Shown here: piece by piece, positions 31,227 to 32,000 of the stretch
Position numbering within the stretch: position 1 is the stretch's first letter
How the letters are laid out: every line of letters begins with the position of its first letter
Assembly: GCF_004376175.1 (NCBI RefSeq)
Contig: NZ_SNUY01000016.1
Coordinates: forward strand, 28,678-60,677
Direction of reading: 5' to 3'
DNA: 32,000 nucleotides
Source of the DNA: Halalkalibacterium halodurans
GTDB lineage: Bacteria; Bacillota; Bacilli; Bacillales; Bacillaceae_D
Made by a program: the position numbers and the translations under genes
Notes under the pieces: model-generated
What the model was told of the DNA's origin: nothing
What the model saw: the letters and a program-made list of their open reading frames with translations, nothing else
The model's database searches: none

Positions 31227-31374
31227 CTTATCGAGAGAGGCAGAGGGACTGACCCGATGATGCCCGGCAACCCGTTTGTTAGCCAAGCAAACGAAGGTGC
31301 TAATTTCAGCAGAATGATTTCATTCTGGAAGATAAGCGAAGGCGAAAACCTTTCCTTATCGGAAAGGTTTTTTT
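31227..31374 (+). promoter_or_regulatory. SAM-I (S-box) riboswitch with expression-platform terminator
   Basis: CTTATCGAGAGAGGCAGAGGGACTGACCCGATGATGCCCGGCAACC...GGTGCTAATTTCAGCAG...GATAAG matches the S-box core almost base for base. P1 pairs 31227-31232 with 31331-31336. The terminator is AAAACCTTTCC / GGAAAGGTTTT (31345-31371) plus a T-run. The loop CTTATC can pair with GATAAG as the antiterminator. Confidence 0.92.
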
Positions 31375-31400
31375 GTTAGAGAGCCAAGTTTTTATAAAAA

Positions 31401-32000
31401 GGCTCTACAATAAATGTTGGGGTTTTTGCACAAAAGAGGGCAAAAAAAATGCACGCAGGCTCCTTTATCCATTATCCTTGAATTGCCTAGAAACAAAGAA
31501 AGGATAGGAGCTGCGTGTACGATGAATTTTACCATGGATTTGCCCGGATTAAAAGGTGTGAAGGTCACAAAGATGGAGGAACGAGAGGGCTTTATCGCGC
31601 TCCATGTAGAAATGCCGCGAACGCCTCATCGTTGCCCATCCTGCGGGGAGAGAACCGAGAGAATCCATGATTACCGCATCCAAAAAGTTCAACATCTCAA
31701 GCTCTTTGAACGGTGGGTGTATCTATTCTATCGAAAGCGCCGGTACGCGTGCAGATGCGGGAAGCGGTTTGCGGAGAAAGCCTGTTTTGTAGAGCGATAT
31801 CAGCGTCAGACAGTGGAATGGAATCAAGCGTTTCGCTTACGGCTCATTCAAGGGAAGAACTTTACGGACACAGCGAATCAATTCCAAACGTCCGTGACAA
31901 CTGCCATGCGCCGGTTTGATCAATTGGCGGCCCCCCTCGTGAAGAAGGTGGATCACCTTCCTCCTCGGATTGCGATTGATGATTACAAAGGGGATACGAA
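31401..32000 (+). mobile_element. ISL3-family insertion sequence, left end (continues beyond the window)
   Basis: GGCTCTACAATAAATG... at 31401 resembles the GGCTCT-type terminal inverted repeats of ISL3 elements (from memory). It is followed 120 nt later by an ISL3 transposase gene. The exact boundary cannot be confirmed without the right end. Confidence 0.6.
31522..32000 (+). CDS. ISL3 family transposase, N-terminal part (3' end lies outside the window)
   Basis: Frame 1 is open from ATG 31522 to the window end and is not in the track because it has no stop. It reads MNFTMDLPGLKGVKVTKMEEREGFIALHVEMPRTPHRCPSCGERTERIHDYRIQKVQHLKLFERWVYLFYRKRRYACRCGKRFAEK...IAIDDYKGDT. The zf-ISL3 CxxC...CxC finger and the IDD/EFK motif are typical of ISL3 transposases. 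Confidence 0.85.
   Translation, partial: MNFTMDLPGLKGVKVTKMEEREGFIALHVEMPRTPHRCPSCGERTERIHDYRIQKVQHLKLFERWVYLFYRKRRYACRCGKRFAEKACFVERYQRQTVEWNQAFRLRLIQGKNFTDTANQFQTSVTTAMRRFDQLAAPLVKKVDHLPPRIAIDDYKGDT

Noticed and set aside
31713-31919. 68-aa plus-strand ORF listed in the track near the window end
   Set aside because: It is out of frame within the clearly recognisable ISL3 transposase reading frame, which is absent from the track only because it has no stop codon in the window.

Overview
This window is a Bacillaceae-type chromosomal segment, about 44% GC by eye. Its core gene order matches the Bacillus subtilis ruvAB-to-aspS region: ruvA (3' end), ruvB, a DUF2905 gene, queA, tgt, yajC, then a block of membrane and sporulation genes (yrzE-like, ArsB/NhaD transporter, DUF421/YrbG-like, a small Gly/Trp-rich protein, spoVB on the minus strand). 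These are followed by a small multidrug-export-family protein, a ComN-like regulator, split secD/secF, a CDF transporter, a LapA/YrvD-like protein, recJ, apt, relA, dtd, a His T-box leader, hisS and aspS. All core genes look intact and full length. Two parts are not housekeeping. (1) About 7.8 kb of seven co-directional genes lies between dtd and the hisS T-box: a lipoprotein sugar-binding protein, two ABC permeases, a ThuA-like protein, a Gfo/Idh/MocA oxidoreductase, a xylose-isomerase-like TIM-barrel protein and a LacI regulator. No ATPase gene is present. This gene set resembles 3-keto-sugar or oxidative glycoside catabolic clusters, but the substrate is unknown, and permease 1 carries an unusually long extracytoplasmic insertion. 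(2) Downstream of aspS there is a complete SAM-I (S-box) riboswitch with a consensus promoter and terminator. It is followed not by a regulated gene but by the left end of an ISL3-family insertion sequence that runs off the window. Smaller observations are an SD-sequestering hairpin before the DUF421 gene, a 57-aa ORF with a strong SD abutting the hisS promoter, tandem hairpins after the binding-protein gene, and a possible mother-cell promoter before the Gly/Trp-rich small protein. I saw no CRISPR array, rRNA, tRNA or recognisable defence or toxin system. I found no convincing evidence of a wholly novel system. The sugar island and the orphaned riboswitch are the most interesting items.
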